A stretch of DNA of 64,000 nucleotides from Lysobacterales bacterium (lineage in GTDB: Bacteria; Pseudomonadota; Gammaproteobacteria; Xanthomonadales; Rhodanobacteraceae). Below, in pieces: positions 1 to 9,321 of the stretch; positions within the stretch are counted from its first letter, which is position 1; every line of letters begins with the position of its first letter. A model generated the notes under the pieces. The model saw only the letters and a program-made list of their open reading frames with translations. It was not told where the DNA came from and made no database searches. Both the position numbers and the translations under genes were made by a program. The stretch spans positions 37,957 to 101,956 of the forward strand of contig NSJK01000003.1 of NCBI GenBank assembly GCA_002632325.1, read 5' to 3'.

Positions 1-1403
1 GCCATACTCTGCACCTGCAACAGTACGCTGCCCTTGCCGCCCTGAGTCAAGCGCCGCAGGGCATTGGCATGGGATCGTTGCGCCTTGTCGAGCTGGTGTC
101 CGATCGCTTCGAGTTCCTCGACCAGCATCGCGAAATTGTCGTGCAGGCGCGCTGCGCGCTGCGCGATTTCCTCGGCCTTGGCATTGCGCCGCTCGATCCG
201 CCACAGATGCGCAACCGTGCGCAGCGTCGCCAGCAGGGTGCTCGGACTCACCAGACAGACATTGCGTTCGAGCGCATGCAGGTAGAGCCGCTCGTCGGCG
301 CGCACGGCTTCGATGAAGGCGGCTTCGACCGGCACGAACATCAACACGAAATCGAGCGTGCGCAGATCGGCGAGGCTGCGATAGTCCTTGCCCGACAATC
401 CATCGATATGGCGACGCAGGGATGCCACATGCTCGGCCAGCGCGACCGCACGCTCGGCCTCGTCAGAACTGGCGACGCAGCGATCCCATGCAATCAACGA
501 AACCTTGGAGTCGATCACCACGTCCTTGTCATCGGGCAAGTGCACGATCACATCGGGCCGCTGGCGATTGCCGCCCGCGTCGCTGAAACTCGTCTGCGTG
601 CTGTATTCGCGCCCGGCTTGCAGACCCGAAGCTTCGAGCACGCGCTCGAGCACGAGCTCGCCCCATGCGCCCTGCGCGCGCGTGTCGCCCTTGAGTGCGC
701 GCGTGAGGTTGAGCGCGTCTTCGCCGATGCGCTGGTTGAGCTGCTTGAGGTTCTGGATTTCACTGGCAAGCATGCCGCGTTCACGCTGCTCGCTGGCGTG
801 GGTCTGGGTGAAGGCCTCGCGGAACTCCTTGAGTTGGAGTTTGAGCGGTTCGAGCAGGCCGCCGACCTGCTTCTCGCTCTGCTCGCCGAAACGCTGTGCG
901 CGATCATCGAAGATGTTGCCGGCCAGATTCTGGAACGCCTCGCGCAATCGCTGCTCGGCATCCTCCAGCAGCTTGAGCTTGTCGGCGGCGGCCTTTGCCT
1001 GCTCGCGCGTGCCGGCATCGAGACTGGCGTGGCGGCGCGTGAGATCGACGAGTTCGGCCTGCACCTGATCACGCGCGCGACGCGCATCGGCAAGATCCTG
1101 CGCGAATCGCTCGGCCTGCGTCCTGTATTCGGCAGCCTGTTCGGAGAGTTTGCGCAATTCGACCTGCGCCGCCATTGCGGCACGCTCGAACGCCTCGACC
1201 CGATGCGCGGATTCGGCGCTGCGCGCCGCCAGCGCATCACGTTGACTGGCCAGCGCAACGATCTCGGCATCGCGACTGCCACGGCCAGTCTCATGTGCGT
1301 CACGCAGCCAACGGCGCGCGACGAGCCACAGCCCGAGCGCACCGAGCATCATGCCCAGCAGTACGCCGAGCGCTGCGACGAGGACGAGGTTCAATGGCTG
1401 CAC
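1..1403 (-). CDS. rmuC: DNA recombination protein RmuC (3' end runs off the left edge)
   Basis: Hand translation of the minus strand from GTG at 1403 gives VQPLNLVLVAALGVLLGMMLGALGLWLV (N-terminal TM helix), a long coiled-coil region, then the conserved core (..RPDVIVHLPDDKDVVIDSK.., ..LDFVLMFVPVEAAFIEAVR..). It is absent from the ORF track because there is no stop inside the window. The listed 69..1460(+) ORF is its antisense shadow. Confidence 0.85.
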   Translation of the reverse strand, partial: MQPLNLVLVAALGVLLGMMLGALGLWLVARRWLRDAHETGRGSRDAEIVALASQRDALAARSAESAHRVEAFERAAMAAQVELRKLSEQAAEYRTQAERFAQDLADARRARDQVQAELVDLTRRHASLDAGTREQAKAAADKLKLLEDAEQRLREAFQNLAGNIFDDRAQRFGEQSEKQVGGLLEPLKLQLKEFREAFTQTHASEQRERGMLASEIQNLKQLNQRIGEDALNLTRALKGDTRAQGAWGELVLERVLEASGLQAGREYSTQTSFSDAGGNRQRPDVIVHLPDDKDVVIDSKVSLIAWDRCVASSDEAERAVALAEHVASLRRHIDGLSGKDYRSLADLRTLDFVLMFVPVEAAFIEAVRADERLYLHALERNVCLVSPSTLLATLRTVAHLWRIERRNAKAEEIAQRAARLHDNFAMLVEELEAIGHQLDKAQRSHANALRRLTQGGKGSVLLQVQSM

Positions 1404-1659
1404 GAGGACTCCGGAACAGGGCAATGCGGCCATTGTGACAGCGGCAGTCTCAGATGTTGATACGCCTTGATCTCGCCCGACACGACGCAGACCTTGTCAG
1501 CCGCGCTGCGCAGCAAGATGCGCGCCCAGTCCGCGCCGCCACCATGCGTGGCCAAGCCGCACGCCGGAACTTTGCCCTCATGCACCGGTCTACTCGCGAC
1601 TCTCGTTGCATCGCTGCGCGCGAGACCATGGGATTTGGCCAACCGAAACGGAGATCGAT

Positions 1660-2400
1660 ATGCGCATTCGTGGTGTTTTTCTTGCTCTGGCATTCGCCGG
1701 CAACGCCCTTGCCGCGACGCCTCGTGACGTGGTTCAACAGGCGGTGCAGAAAATCGCGCCAACCGCCAAGGTCGATGCGGCGCAGGAATCGGCGGTGCCG
1801 GGTTTCTACGAGGCCATCATCGGCGGACAAATGCTGTACGTCAGCAAGGATGGCCGCTACCTGCTCGATGGCAGCGCCTTTGATGTCGCCAACCAACGCG
1901 ACCTGAGCGAGGAGTCGCGCGCCAGGGCACGCAAGCTTGCGCTCGACAAGATCGGCCCGGACAAGCGCATCGTGTTCGCGCCCAAGGCGCCGGTGAAGGC
2001 CAGACACACCATCACCGTGCTCACCGATATCGATTGCCCGTACTGCCGCCGTTTCCATGACCAGATTGCGCAGTACAACGCCAAGGGCATAGTGGTCGAT
2101 TACCTGTTCAACCCGCTCAGCATTCATCCGGGCGCCGACAAGAAAGCACAGGCCGTATGGTGCGCCAAGGATCGCGCCGAAGCCTTCACCGCGGCGATGT
2201 CAGGCAAGGATCCGGGCACGGCGACCTGCCCCAATCCGATCAACGAACTTGCCAACCTCGCGCAATCGCTGGGCCTCACCCAGACACCCACCTTCCTCGG
2301 CCCGGACGGCAAGCAGATTCCCGGCCAGATCGCGGCGTCACCCGACCTGCTCGCCGCCGAACTCGATCGCCAGAGTGCAGCCGTCATTTCAAGGAATTGA
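1660..2400 (+). CDS. Periplasmic thiol:disulfide interchange protein, DsbC/DsbG family, CPYC active site (DsbG-type motif)
   Basis: ORF 1606..2400. Start moved to ATG 1660 (MRIRGVFLALAFAGNALA signal peptide). N-terminal dimerisation domain (PGFYEAIIGGQMLYVSKDGRYLLDG) followed by a thioredoxin fold with TDIDCPYCRRFH. Confidence 0.85.
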   Translation: MRIRGVFLALAFAGNALAATPRDVVQQAVQKIAPTAKVDAAQESAVPGFYEAIIGGQMLYVSKDGRYLLDGSAFDVANQRDLSEESRARARKLALDKIGPDKRIVFAPKAPVKARHTITVLTDIDCPYCRRFHDQIAQYNAKGIVVDYLFNPLSIHPGADKKAQAVWCAKDRAEAFTAAMSGKDPGTATCPNPINELANLAQSLGLTQTPTFLGPDGKQIPGQIAASPDLLAAELDRQSAAVISRN

Positions 2401-2411
2401 GGAGCCTGTCC

Positions 2412-3164
2412 ATGTCATTCCACGTTTCCTTGCTTCGTATTGCCACCCTGTCGATGCTGTGCGCCACCCCTCTCGTCCACGCCGCCGACACGCCCGCGCA
2501 GGCCGCCGCGCGCAAGGCGCTCACCGAGCTCGTTCCACAAGCGAAGATCGATGCGATCGAGACTGCACCGATGCCTGGTTTCCAGCAAGTGATCGTCGGC
2601 AGCCAGATCGTCTACGTCAGCGATGACGGCAAGTACATCCTGCAGGGCAGGCTGCTCGATACGCTCAAGCAGCGCGACCTCACCGAAGCGCGCCTCGCGC
2701 TCGACGTGAAGAAGAAGCTCGATGCCGTGCCCGCAAACCGTCGCATCGTCTTCGCGCCGGCCGGCAAGCCGCAGTACAGGATCACGGTGTTCACGGACAT
2801 CGACTGCGGCTACTGTCGCAAGCTGCACTCGCAGATCGCCGAGTACAACAAGCGCGGAATCGAGGTCGATTACCTGTTCTACCCGCGTTCGGGCCTGACC
2901 GGCGAGTCCTACGACAAGGCGATGGCGGTTTGGTGCGCGAAGGATCGCAAGGCGAGCTTCACGGCGGCCAAGGCCGGCCAGACGCCGCCCCTGCTCAAGT
3001 GCGACAACCCGATCGCGCAGGACTTCGAACTGGGCAATCAGATCGGCGTCCCGAATTTCGGCACGCCGAGCATCTTCGCCGCAGACGGCAGCAAGCTCGG
3101 CGGCTATCTCGATCCCGACCAGATGCTGGCGCGGCTCAAGGCGCTCGATACGCCGACGCTGTAA
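2412..3164 (+). CDS. dsbC: Periplasmic thiol:disulfide interchange protein DsbC (CGYC active site)
   Basis: In frame within ORF 2157..3164. ATG 2412 gives MSFHVSLLRIATLSMLCATPLVHA (signal peptide). PGFQQVIVGSQIVYVSDDGKYILQG dimerisation domain plus TDIDCGYCRKLH. Paralogue of the upstream gene. Confidence 0.85.
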   Translation: MSFHVSLLRIATLSMLCATPLVHAADTPAQAAARKALTELVPQAKIDAIETAPMPGFQQVIVGSQIVYVSDDGKYILQGRLLDTLKQRDLTEARLALDVKKKLDAVPANRRIVFAPAGKPQYRITVFTDIDCGYCRKLHSQIAEYNKRGIEVDYLFYPRSGLTGESYDKAMAVWCAKDRKASFTAAKAGQTPPLLKCDNPIAQDFELGNQIGVPNFGTPSIFAADGSKLGGYLDPDQMLARLKALDTPTL

Positions 3165-3499
3165 GGCACGGCGACAGACACGCATTGCAGTTTCGGAGCA
3201 AGCGCGGCGGCGATGACCGCCGCGCAGCTGGCCTGGCGAACTTTCCGTACGCGATGACGGTTGTGCCGATGATCAGCGCTGCCCCGGCTTGCCCAAACAG
3301 GGTGCTGAAAAAGTCCATCCTGGACTTCTTCAGCTCGACGAGTCCGGTACATGCCCGGACTCGTCTCCGACGAATCAATCACTGCGTGATCGATTCGCGC
3401 GCAGTGCATCCCTGCACTGCGCTATCAGGCTTCTGAAAAGGGTTTTTCAGCAGCCTGCTAAACTCGGTCGTCACCGGCAATCGGCAACGGAGAACGACC

Positions 3500-4147
3500 A
3501 TCAGCATTCCGAACATCGATCGCGAGCACCTCGAAACCTGCGCGCGCGAGATCGCCGCGGCGGGTCGCGCACTCGGCGCGCTCGGTTGGACGCCGGCCAC
3601 CAGCAGCAACTTCTCGATGCGTCTCGACGAACGCCACGCCGCCGTGACGATTTCCGGGCGCGACAAGGGCGCACTCACGAGCGCCGACATCATGGTCGTC
3701 GATCTCGACGGTCAGGCCGTGGGCAGCACACATCGCCCCTCGGCCGAAACCGCGCTGCACACGCAGATCTACCGGCTCTTTCCCGAGGCGGGCGCCGTTC
3801 TGCACACCCATTCGCGCGCACAATCGGTTGCCTCGCGCCTGTTTGCTGCACGCGGCAGCGTGCGCTTCGAAGGCTGGGAGCTGCAGAAGGCGATCGCCGG
3901 CTGCACCACGCACGACAGCACGCTCGAACTGCCGGTGTTCGCAAACACCCAGGACATGCGCGTACTGGCGCACGACGTCGAGCGCTGGCTCGATGGCGGA
4001 AATGCCCTGCACGGTTACTTGATCGATGGCCACGGCATCTACACTTGGGGCAAGGACATGGCCGAAGCGCGCCGCCATCTGGAGGCGCTGCAATTCCTGC
4101 TCGAATGCGAACTCGATCTGATCCAACTGCGAGGTGCCTTGCAATGA
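3500..4147 (+). CDS. mtnB: Methylthioribulose-1-phosphate dehydratase MtnB (class II aldolase/adducin fold); 5' boundary uncertain
   Basis: ORF 3617..4147 carries the His-rich metal site region (..[11 protein letters not shown].., ..VLHTHS.., ..[10 protein letters not shown]..). The conserved N-terminal segment (..[20 protein letters not shown]) lies in frame upstream of ATG 3617. There is no ATG/GTG/TTG before the in-frame stop at 3434-3436. The start given here (ATC 3500) is a guess. Confidence 0.75.
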   Translation: MSIPNIDREHLETCAREIAAAGRALGALGWTPATSSNFSMRLDERHAAVTISGRDKGALTSADIMVVDLDGQAVGSTHRPSAETALHTQIYRLFPEAGAVLHTHSRAQSVASRLFAARGSVRFEGWELQKAIAGCTTHDSTLELPVFANTQDMRVLAHDVERWLDGGNALHGYLIDGHGIYTWGKDMAEARRHLEALQFLLECELDLIQLRGALQ

Positions 4148-4716
4148 CACGACTGCGGGTTTTCAAGGACTCCGACGGCGCCAATCCCTTGGCCATGCAT
4201 ACCGATCACGCGCGCATCCAGAGCGAACTGGCTGCGCTCGGCGTGCGCTTCGAGCGCTGGCAGGCCAAGGCGCCGATCGCACCGGGCGCAAGCCAGGACG
4301 AGGTCATCGCCGCCTACCGCAGCGACATCGACCGCCTCATGACCGAGGAAGGCTACAAGGCCGTCGACGTGGTCAGCATCAAGCCCGACAACCCCGACCG
4401 CGCCGCCCTGCGCCAGAAGTTCCTCAGCGAACACCAGCACAGCGAAAACGAGCTGCGCTTCTTCGTCGCCGGCGCCGGGCAATTCAATCTGCATGTCGGA
4501 GACAAGGTGTATGAGGTGCTGTGCGAAGCGGGCGACCTCATCCGCGTGCCCGACGGCGCGCGTCACTGGTTCGACATGAGCGAAGCGCCCTACTTCGTCG
4601 CGATCCGCCTGTTCACCAACCCCGAGGGTTGGGTTGCTCGCTTCACCGGTGATGACATCGGCACGCATTTCCCGTTGATGACGCCGCATCCATCCGCGCT
4701 GGCCAGCATGCAATGA
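4144..4716 (+). CDS. mtnD: Acireductone dioxygenase (ARD, cupin) MtnD
   Basis: In frame within ORF 3289..4716. ATG 4144 overlaps the mtnB stop (ATGA). [11 protein letters not shown]..., [37 protein letters not shown] are typical ARD cupin motifs. Confidence 0.9.
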   Translation: MTRLRVFKDSDGANPLAMHTDHARIQSELAALGVRFERWQAKAPIAPGASQDEVIAAYRSDIDRLMTEEGYKAVDVVSIKPDNPDRAALRQKFLSEHQHSENELRFFVAGAGQFNLHVGDKVYEVLCEAGDLIRVPDGARHWFDMSEAPYFVAIRLFTNPEGWVARFTGDDIGTHFPLMTPHPSALASMQ

Positions 4717-5159
4717 ACTACATCGAAGAATCGCTCGCGCCCGGCGAAACCATCGTCGCGCAGTTCGACCTCCACTGGACCGCCAAATGGCGGCTGATCG
4801 TGTTCCTGTTGCTGGCGATCCCGACGTTCGGCATCGCCTTGATCGGCGCGATCTACGAATGGCTGCGCCTGCGCGCGATCGAACAGGGCGTGACCAACCG
4901 CCGCGTCGTGCGCAAGACCGGCATCATCAGCCGCAGCACCACCGAGCTGCGCCTGACCTCGATCGAGACCATCGACCTGCGCCAGAGCACTTGGGGACGC
5001 CTGCTCGATTACGGCGATGTCGTGCTCACCGGACGCGGCGAGACGGCGATGGTGTTCACGCGTCTGACCAACCCGCTCGATGCCAAGCGCGCCCTCGAAA
5101 GCGCCTACGCCGACAACGTGGAAAAGGACTGCGACCACGAGCACGAGGCTTCGCGATGA
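4713..5159 (+). CDS. Membrane protein with bacterial PH domain (bPH_2/DUF304, YdbS/YdbT-like)
   Basis: ORF 4713..5159. TM hairpin (WRLIVFLLLAIPTFGIALIGAIYEWL) followed by GVTNRRVVRKTGIISRSTTELRLTSIETIDLRQSTWGRLLDYGDVVL. ATGA overlaps with both neighbouring genes. Confidence 0.7.
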   Translation: MNYIEESLAPGETIVAQFDLHWTAKWRLIVFLLLAIPTFGIALIGAIYEWLRLRAIEQGVTNRRVVRKTGIISRSTTELRLTSIETIDLRQSTWGRLLDYGDVVLTGRGETAMVFTRLTNPLDAKRALESAYADNVEKDCDHEHEASR

Positions 5160-5845
5160 TCACGACCATCCTCACCGACATCGAAGGCACCACCAGTTCG
5201 ATCGACTTCGTCAAGGACGTGCTGTTTCCCTTCGCCCGCGAGCGACTCCCCGCCTACATTGAAACCCACGAAGACACAGCCGAGGTTCAGCACTGGCTGC
5301 ACGAAGCCGCGCGCGAGGAAGGTCTGGTATCGGCGTCTCGGCAGGAACTCATCGACTTGCTGCTCGAGTGGATCGATGCCGACCGCAAATCGACTTCGCT
5401 CAAGGCGCTGCAAGGCATGATCTGGCAGGACGGCTACGCCAACGGCGAGTTCCGCGCCCACGTCTACCCCGAAGTCCCGGCACGCCTGCGCGCCTGGCAG
5501 GCTGCGGGCAAGCATCTCTACGTCTATTCGTCGGGTTCGGTGGAAGCGCAAAAGCTGTTCTTCGGCCATTCCGAGGCGGGGGATCTCACACCTCTCTTCG
5601 ATGGCTATTTCGACACTCAAACCGGCCCCAAGCGCGAAGCCGCGTCTTACACACGCATCGCCGAGGCGATTGGCGAACCGCCCACATCGATCCTGTTCCT
5701 GTCCGACATCGCCGCCGAGCTCGACGCGGCTCGCACGGCCGGCATGCGCACGATCCTGCTCGCACGCGCACCCGCGCGGTGCCCGACCGACGCCAGCCAT
5801 CGCTGCGTCGCCGATTTCGACGCCATCGATCCGGATGCGACCTGA
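5156..5845 (+). CDS. mtnC: Enolase-phosphatase E1 (HAD family) MtnC
   Basis: In frame within ORF 4787..5845. ATG 5156 gives MITTILTDIEGTTSSIDFVKDVLFP (HAD motif I DxExT), KALQGMIW, YVYSSGS, LFLSD. Confidence 0.9.
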   Translation: MITTILTDIEGTTSSIDFVKDVLFPFARERLPAYIETHEDTAEVQHWLHEAAREEGLVSASRQELIDLLLEWIDADRKSTSLKALQGMIWQDGYANGEFRAHVYPEVPARLRAWQAAGKHLYVYSSGSVEAQKLFFGHSEAGDLTPLFDGYFDTQTGPKREAASYTRIAEAIGEPPTSILFLSDIAAELDAARTAGMRTILLARAPARCPTDASHRCVADFDAIDPDAT

Positions 5846-6161
5846 CTGAATCGGGCGCGCTCCGTTGTTGTGGTCTTGCCTGCTCCTGACCGCATTCGCG
5901 TGAACCAGGCACAGCGGCGCGAGGAACAATCCTCGCCGCAAGCCGAGTCGACAGCGACGCCGCAGCCGATATCAAGGCACGGAACAGCGTCTGCCGCAAA
6001 GCAACATCAAATTCCATGACTTGTGTGCCTTGCCGCTCGCGGGGCCGTCGCGTATGTTACCGAGCCGCTGTGTTCGATCTTGGTCGTTCGCATGCTGCAC
6101 GACGGCGCTGGGACACGGGCGCTGGTTCGCCCACCATCTTCCAGCTCGCCGAGGGGACACC

Positions 6162-7667
6162 ATGATTTTCTGGCGCGTCAAACCGCTCAACCAGATACTT
6201 GAAACCGCAGAAAAGAAATCGCTCAAGCGCCAGCTCGGCCCGATCCAGCTGACCCTGCTCGGGATCGGCGCGGTGATCGGTACCGGCATCTTCGTGTTGA
6301 CTGCCGAAGCAGCGCAAAAAGCCGGTCCGGCGATGATGGTGTCGTTCGTGATTGCCGCAGTGGTCTGTGGCCTGGCGGCCTTTGCCTATGCCGAACTCGC
6401 AGCGATGCTGCCGGTTTCCGGATCGGCCTACACCTATACCTACGGCGTCATGGGCGAGCTGGTCGCCTGGATCGTCGGCTGGGCCCTCGTGCTCGAATAC
6501 GCAATCGGGGCAACCGCCGTATGCGTGGGCTGGTCGGGCTACATGAACGGCTTGCTGATGCACACCGACTTCTTCGGCCTGGTGCAGCCGGGTGCGCTCG
6601 CCCTGCCCGAATATCTGCGTACGGGCTACTTCTCGGGCGGCGGCTTCAATTTGCTGGCCTTCCTGGTCGGCGCCCTCGTGACCTGGTTGCTGGTGATCGG
6701 AACGTCCAAGAGCGCACGCGTCAATGCAGTGTTGGTCGCGATCAAGATCGTCGCCCTGACGGTGTTCGTCGCGCTGGCCGTGCCGGCGGCCAAGAGCGGC
6801 AACCTCGAACCCTTCCTGCCCGGTGGCTGGGGCAGCCCGATGGGCGGCGCCGGCGTTCTCGGTGCAGCGGCCTCGATCTTCTTTGCCTATGTCGGCTTCG
6901 ATGCGGTATCGACCGCCGCCGAGGAAACCAAGAATCCGAATCGCAATATCCCGATCGGCCTGATTGCCTCGCTACTGATCTGTACCGTGTTCTATCTTCT
7001 GGTCGGCTACGGCGCGGCCGGCTCGATCGGCGCACAACCGATGCTCGGCGCCAACGGCCTGCCGCTTGATCCGGGCACGCCGGAAATGACCGCTGCCTGC
7101 GTCGGCTCCAACGCGCTGGTGTGCAGCAACGAACCGCTCGCCCATGTGCTGCGCGTACTCGGCTTTCCCGAGATCGGCAACTGGATCGGCGTCGCCGCGA
7201 TCATCGCGCTGCCGTCGGTGATCCTCATGATGATGTTCGGCCAGACCCGCATCTTCTTCACGATGTCGCGCGACGGCCTGCTGCCGTCGAAGCTCTCCGA
7301 CGTGCATCCGCGATTCTTCACACCGCACGTGATCACTTACCTCACCGGCATCGTGGTTTCGATCTGCGGCGCATTGTTCCCGGTCGGCAAGCTCGCCGAC
7401 ACGTCGAACGCCGGCACCCTGCTCGCGTTCGCAATGGTTTCGGTCGGCGTGCTGGTGCTGCGCAAGCGCCAGCCCGACCGTCCTCGTCCGTTCCGCACGC
7501 CGATGGCGTGGATCGTCTGCCCGCTTGCCGTCGCCGGTTGCGTGCTGCTGTTCGTCAACCTCAGCATCATCGCCAAGGTGGTGTTCGTGCTGTGGGGCGC
7601 GATCGGCCTGGTCGTCTACCGTCTCTACGGCTACCACCGCAGCCAACTCGCCGGCACCGGGTACTGA
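6162..7667 (+). CDS. APC-superfamily amino acid permease (cationic amino acid transporter-like)
   Basis: ORF 6021..7667. Start moved to ATG 6162 (MIFWRVKPLNQILETAEKKSLKRQLGPIQLTLLGIGAVIGTGIFVLTAEAA). About 12-14 hydrophobic segments; AELAAMLPVSGSAYTY signature. Confidence 0.85.
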   Translation: MIFWRVKPLNQILETAEKKSLKRQLGPIQLTLLGIGAVIGTGIFVLTAEAAQKAGPAMMVSFVIAAVVCGLAAFAYAELAAMLPVSGSAYTYTYGVMGELVAWIVGWALVLEYAIGATAVCVGWSGYMNGLLMHTDFFGLVQPGALALPEYLRTGYFSGGGFNLLAFLVGALVTWLLVIGTSKSARVNAVLVAIKIVALTVFVALAVPAAKSGNLEPFLPGGWGSPMGGAGVLGAAASIFFAYVGFDAVSTAAEETKNPNRNIPIGLIASLLICTVFYLLVGYGAAGSIGAQPMLGANGLPLDPGTPEMTAACVGSNALVCSNEPLAHVLRVLGFPEIGNWIGVAAIIALPSVILMMMFGQTRIFFTMSRDGLLPSKLSDVHPRFFTPHVITYLTGIVVSICGALFPVGKLADTSNAGTLLAFAMVSVGVLVLRKRQPDRPRPFRTPMAWIVCPLAVAGCVLLFVNLSIIAKVVFVLWGAIGLVVYRLYGYHRSQLAGTGY

Positions 7668-7685
7668 CCCGCGCGGCACAACGAG

Positions 7686-7711
7686 GAAGGCCGGCGCCAG
7701 CGCCGGCCTTC
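7686..7711 (+). terminator. GC-rich hairpin between the two permease genes (terminator-like, no clear U-tract)
   Basis: gaaggccggcg-ccag-cgccggccttc, a perfect inverted repeat 19 nt after the stop of the first permease. Confidence 0.35.
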
Positions 7712-7742
7712 TGCCTCAAGGCGCCAGCTTCAGGAGCCGCGC

Positions 7743-9167
7743 ATGCTCAAGCAACTACTCGCGATCAAGCCGCCGCAGGCGGCCAGGATCGACGCCGAAT
7801 CACTCGATCTCAACCGCACGCTCGGGCCCTGGGGCCTGACTGCGTTGGGCATCGGTGCGGTGATCGGTGGCGGCATCTTCGTGATCACCGGTCAGGCTGC
7901 GGCTGAACACGCCGGCCCCGCAATCATCCTGTCCTTTGTGCTCGCGGCAATCTGCTGCACGTTCTGCGCACTGTGCTACGCCGAATTTGCGGCGATGGTA
8001 CCCGTCTCGGGCAGCGCCTATTCCTACACCTACGCCACGCTCGGTGAGCTGGCGGCGTGGTTCATCGGCTGGATGCTGATCCTCGAATACGGCGTTTCGG
8101 CTTCGGCGGTGGCGGTGAGCTGGAACGGCTACTTCCTCAGCCTGCTCGACCATTTCGGCATCCACTTGCCCGCGGTCCTTGTCAACGCGCCGCTCGACGC
8201 CCAGCTCAAGCCCACGGGTGCGATCATGAACTTGCCGGCTGCCGGTATCGTGCTGGCGCTCACAGCCTTGTGCTACGTCGGCATCCGCGAATCGACCACG
8301 GTCAATTCACTGATGGTCGTGCTCAAGACCGGTTTGATCCTGATCGTGATCTTCGCCGGTTGGAAATATGTCGATCCGAGCCTCTGGCAGCCCTTCATCC
8401 CCCCCGCTGAAGGCCCCGGCAAATACGGCTGGGATGGCGTACTGCGTGGTGCCTCGATGGTGTTCTTCGCCTACATCGGCTTCGAGGCGACCTCGGTCGC
8501 GGCGCAGGAATCGCGCAATCCGCAGCGCGACATGCCGATCGGCATGCTCGCCTCGCTGGCGATCTGCACCGTGCTCTACATCGCGATGGCCGCGGTGATG
8601 ACGGGCCTCACGCCCTATTCACAGCTCGGCACCAACGAACCCGTGGTCACCGCGGTTGCCACCCATCCGGAACTCAACTGGCTGCGCGTAGTGGTCGAAG
8701 TGGGCGCCTTGATTGGTCTGTCTTCGGTCGTGCTGGTGATGGTGATTGCCCAACCGCGCATCTTCATGATCATGGGGCGCGATGGCCTGTTGCCACCGGT
8801 GTTCACGAAGATCCATCCCAAGTACCGCACGCCGCACATCAATACCCTCATCACCGGCTTCGGCATCGCCTTGCTGGCCGCGATCTTCCCGCTTGATGTA
8901 CTTGGCGAGCTGACCTCGATGGGCACCCTGATCGCGTTTGCGGCGGTCTGTGCGGGCGTGTGGATCCTGCGTCACACCCAACCCGACTTGCCGCGCCCGT
9001 TCCGCATCCCCGCCGCGCCGCTGATCTGCCTCGCCGGCATCGTCAGCTGCATGATCCTGCTGTCGACGATGACGATCCACAACTGGATGCTCATGCTGAT
9101 CTGGACTGCCTTCGGCATGGTCGTCTACTTCGGCTACGGCTACCGGCGCAGCAGGTTGCGGGGGTGA
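7743..9167 (+). CDS. APC-superfamily amino acid permease (second, paralogous)
   Basis: ORF 7743..9167. LTALGIGAVIGGGIFVITGQAAAEHAGPA, YAEFAAMVPVSGSAYSYTY, multiple TM segments. Confidence 0.85.
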   Translation: MLKQLLAIKPPQAARIDAESLDLNRTLGPWGLTALGIGAVIGGGIFVITGQAAAEHAGPAIILSFVLAAICCTFCALCYAEFAAMVPVSGSAYSYTYATLGELAAWFIGWMLILEYGVSASAVAVSWNGYFLSLLDHFGIHLPAVLVNAPLDAQLKPTGAIMNLPAAGIVLALTALCYVGIRESTTVNSLMVVLKTGLILIVIFAGWKYVDPSLWQPFIPPAEGPGKYGWDGVLRGASMVFFAYIGFEATSVAAQESRNPQRDMPIGMLASLAICTVLYIAMAAVMTGLTPYSQLGTNEPVVTAVATHPELNWLRVVVEVGALIGLSSVVLVMVIAQPRIFMIMGRDGLLPPVFTKIHPKYRTPHINTLITGFGIALLAAIFPLDVLGELTSMGTLIAFAAVCAGVWILRHTQPDLPRPFRIPAAPLICLAGIVSCMILLSTMTIHNWMLMLIWTAFGMVVYFGYGYRRSRLRG

Positions 9168-9173
9168 AACGAA

Positions 9174-9201
9174 TTCAGGCTGAGGAATCCCTCAGCCTGA
9201 A
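9174..9201. terminator. Perfect 12-bp stem hairpin between convergent genes
   Basis: ttcaggctgagg-aatc-cctcagcctgaa, immediately after the permease stop codon. No strong U-tract. Confidence 0.45.
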
Positions 9202-9321
9202 TCGGTGGCGCCGTGCGGCTTGGACAGCCTCAATGGCTTCTGGTGGGCCGAGCATTTCGTCTGCGCCAAGCAGGTGTGGTGACCCGGCCTGCTTGGTTCA
9301 CTCCGGCCAACCAACCGGCCC

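Noticed and set aside
69-1460. 463-aa plus-strand ORF covering the left end of the window
   Set aside because: Its composition is Leu/Arg/Ala/Glu-rich and low-information, typical of an antisense frame in high-GC DNA. The opposite strand encodes a clean RmuC with TM helix and conserved core, so this is a shadow ORF.
5846-6161. 316-bp leader upstream of the first permease examined for a riboswitch or T-box-like element
   Set aside because: I could not recognise any known riboswitch consensus by eye. An Infernal/Rfam scan would be needed.
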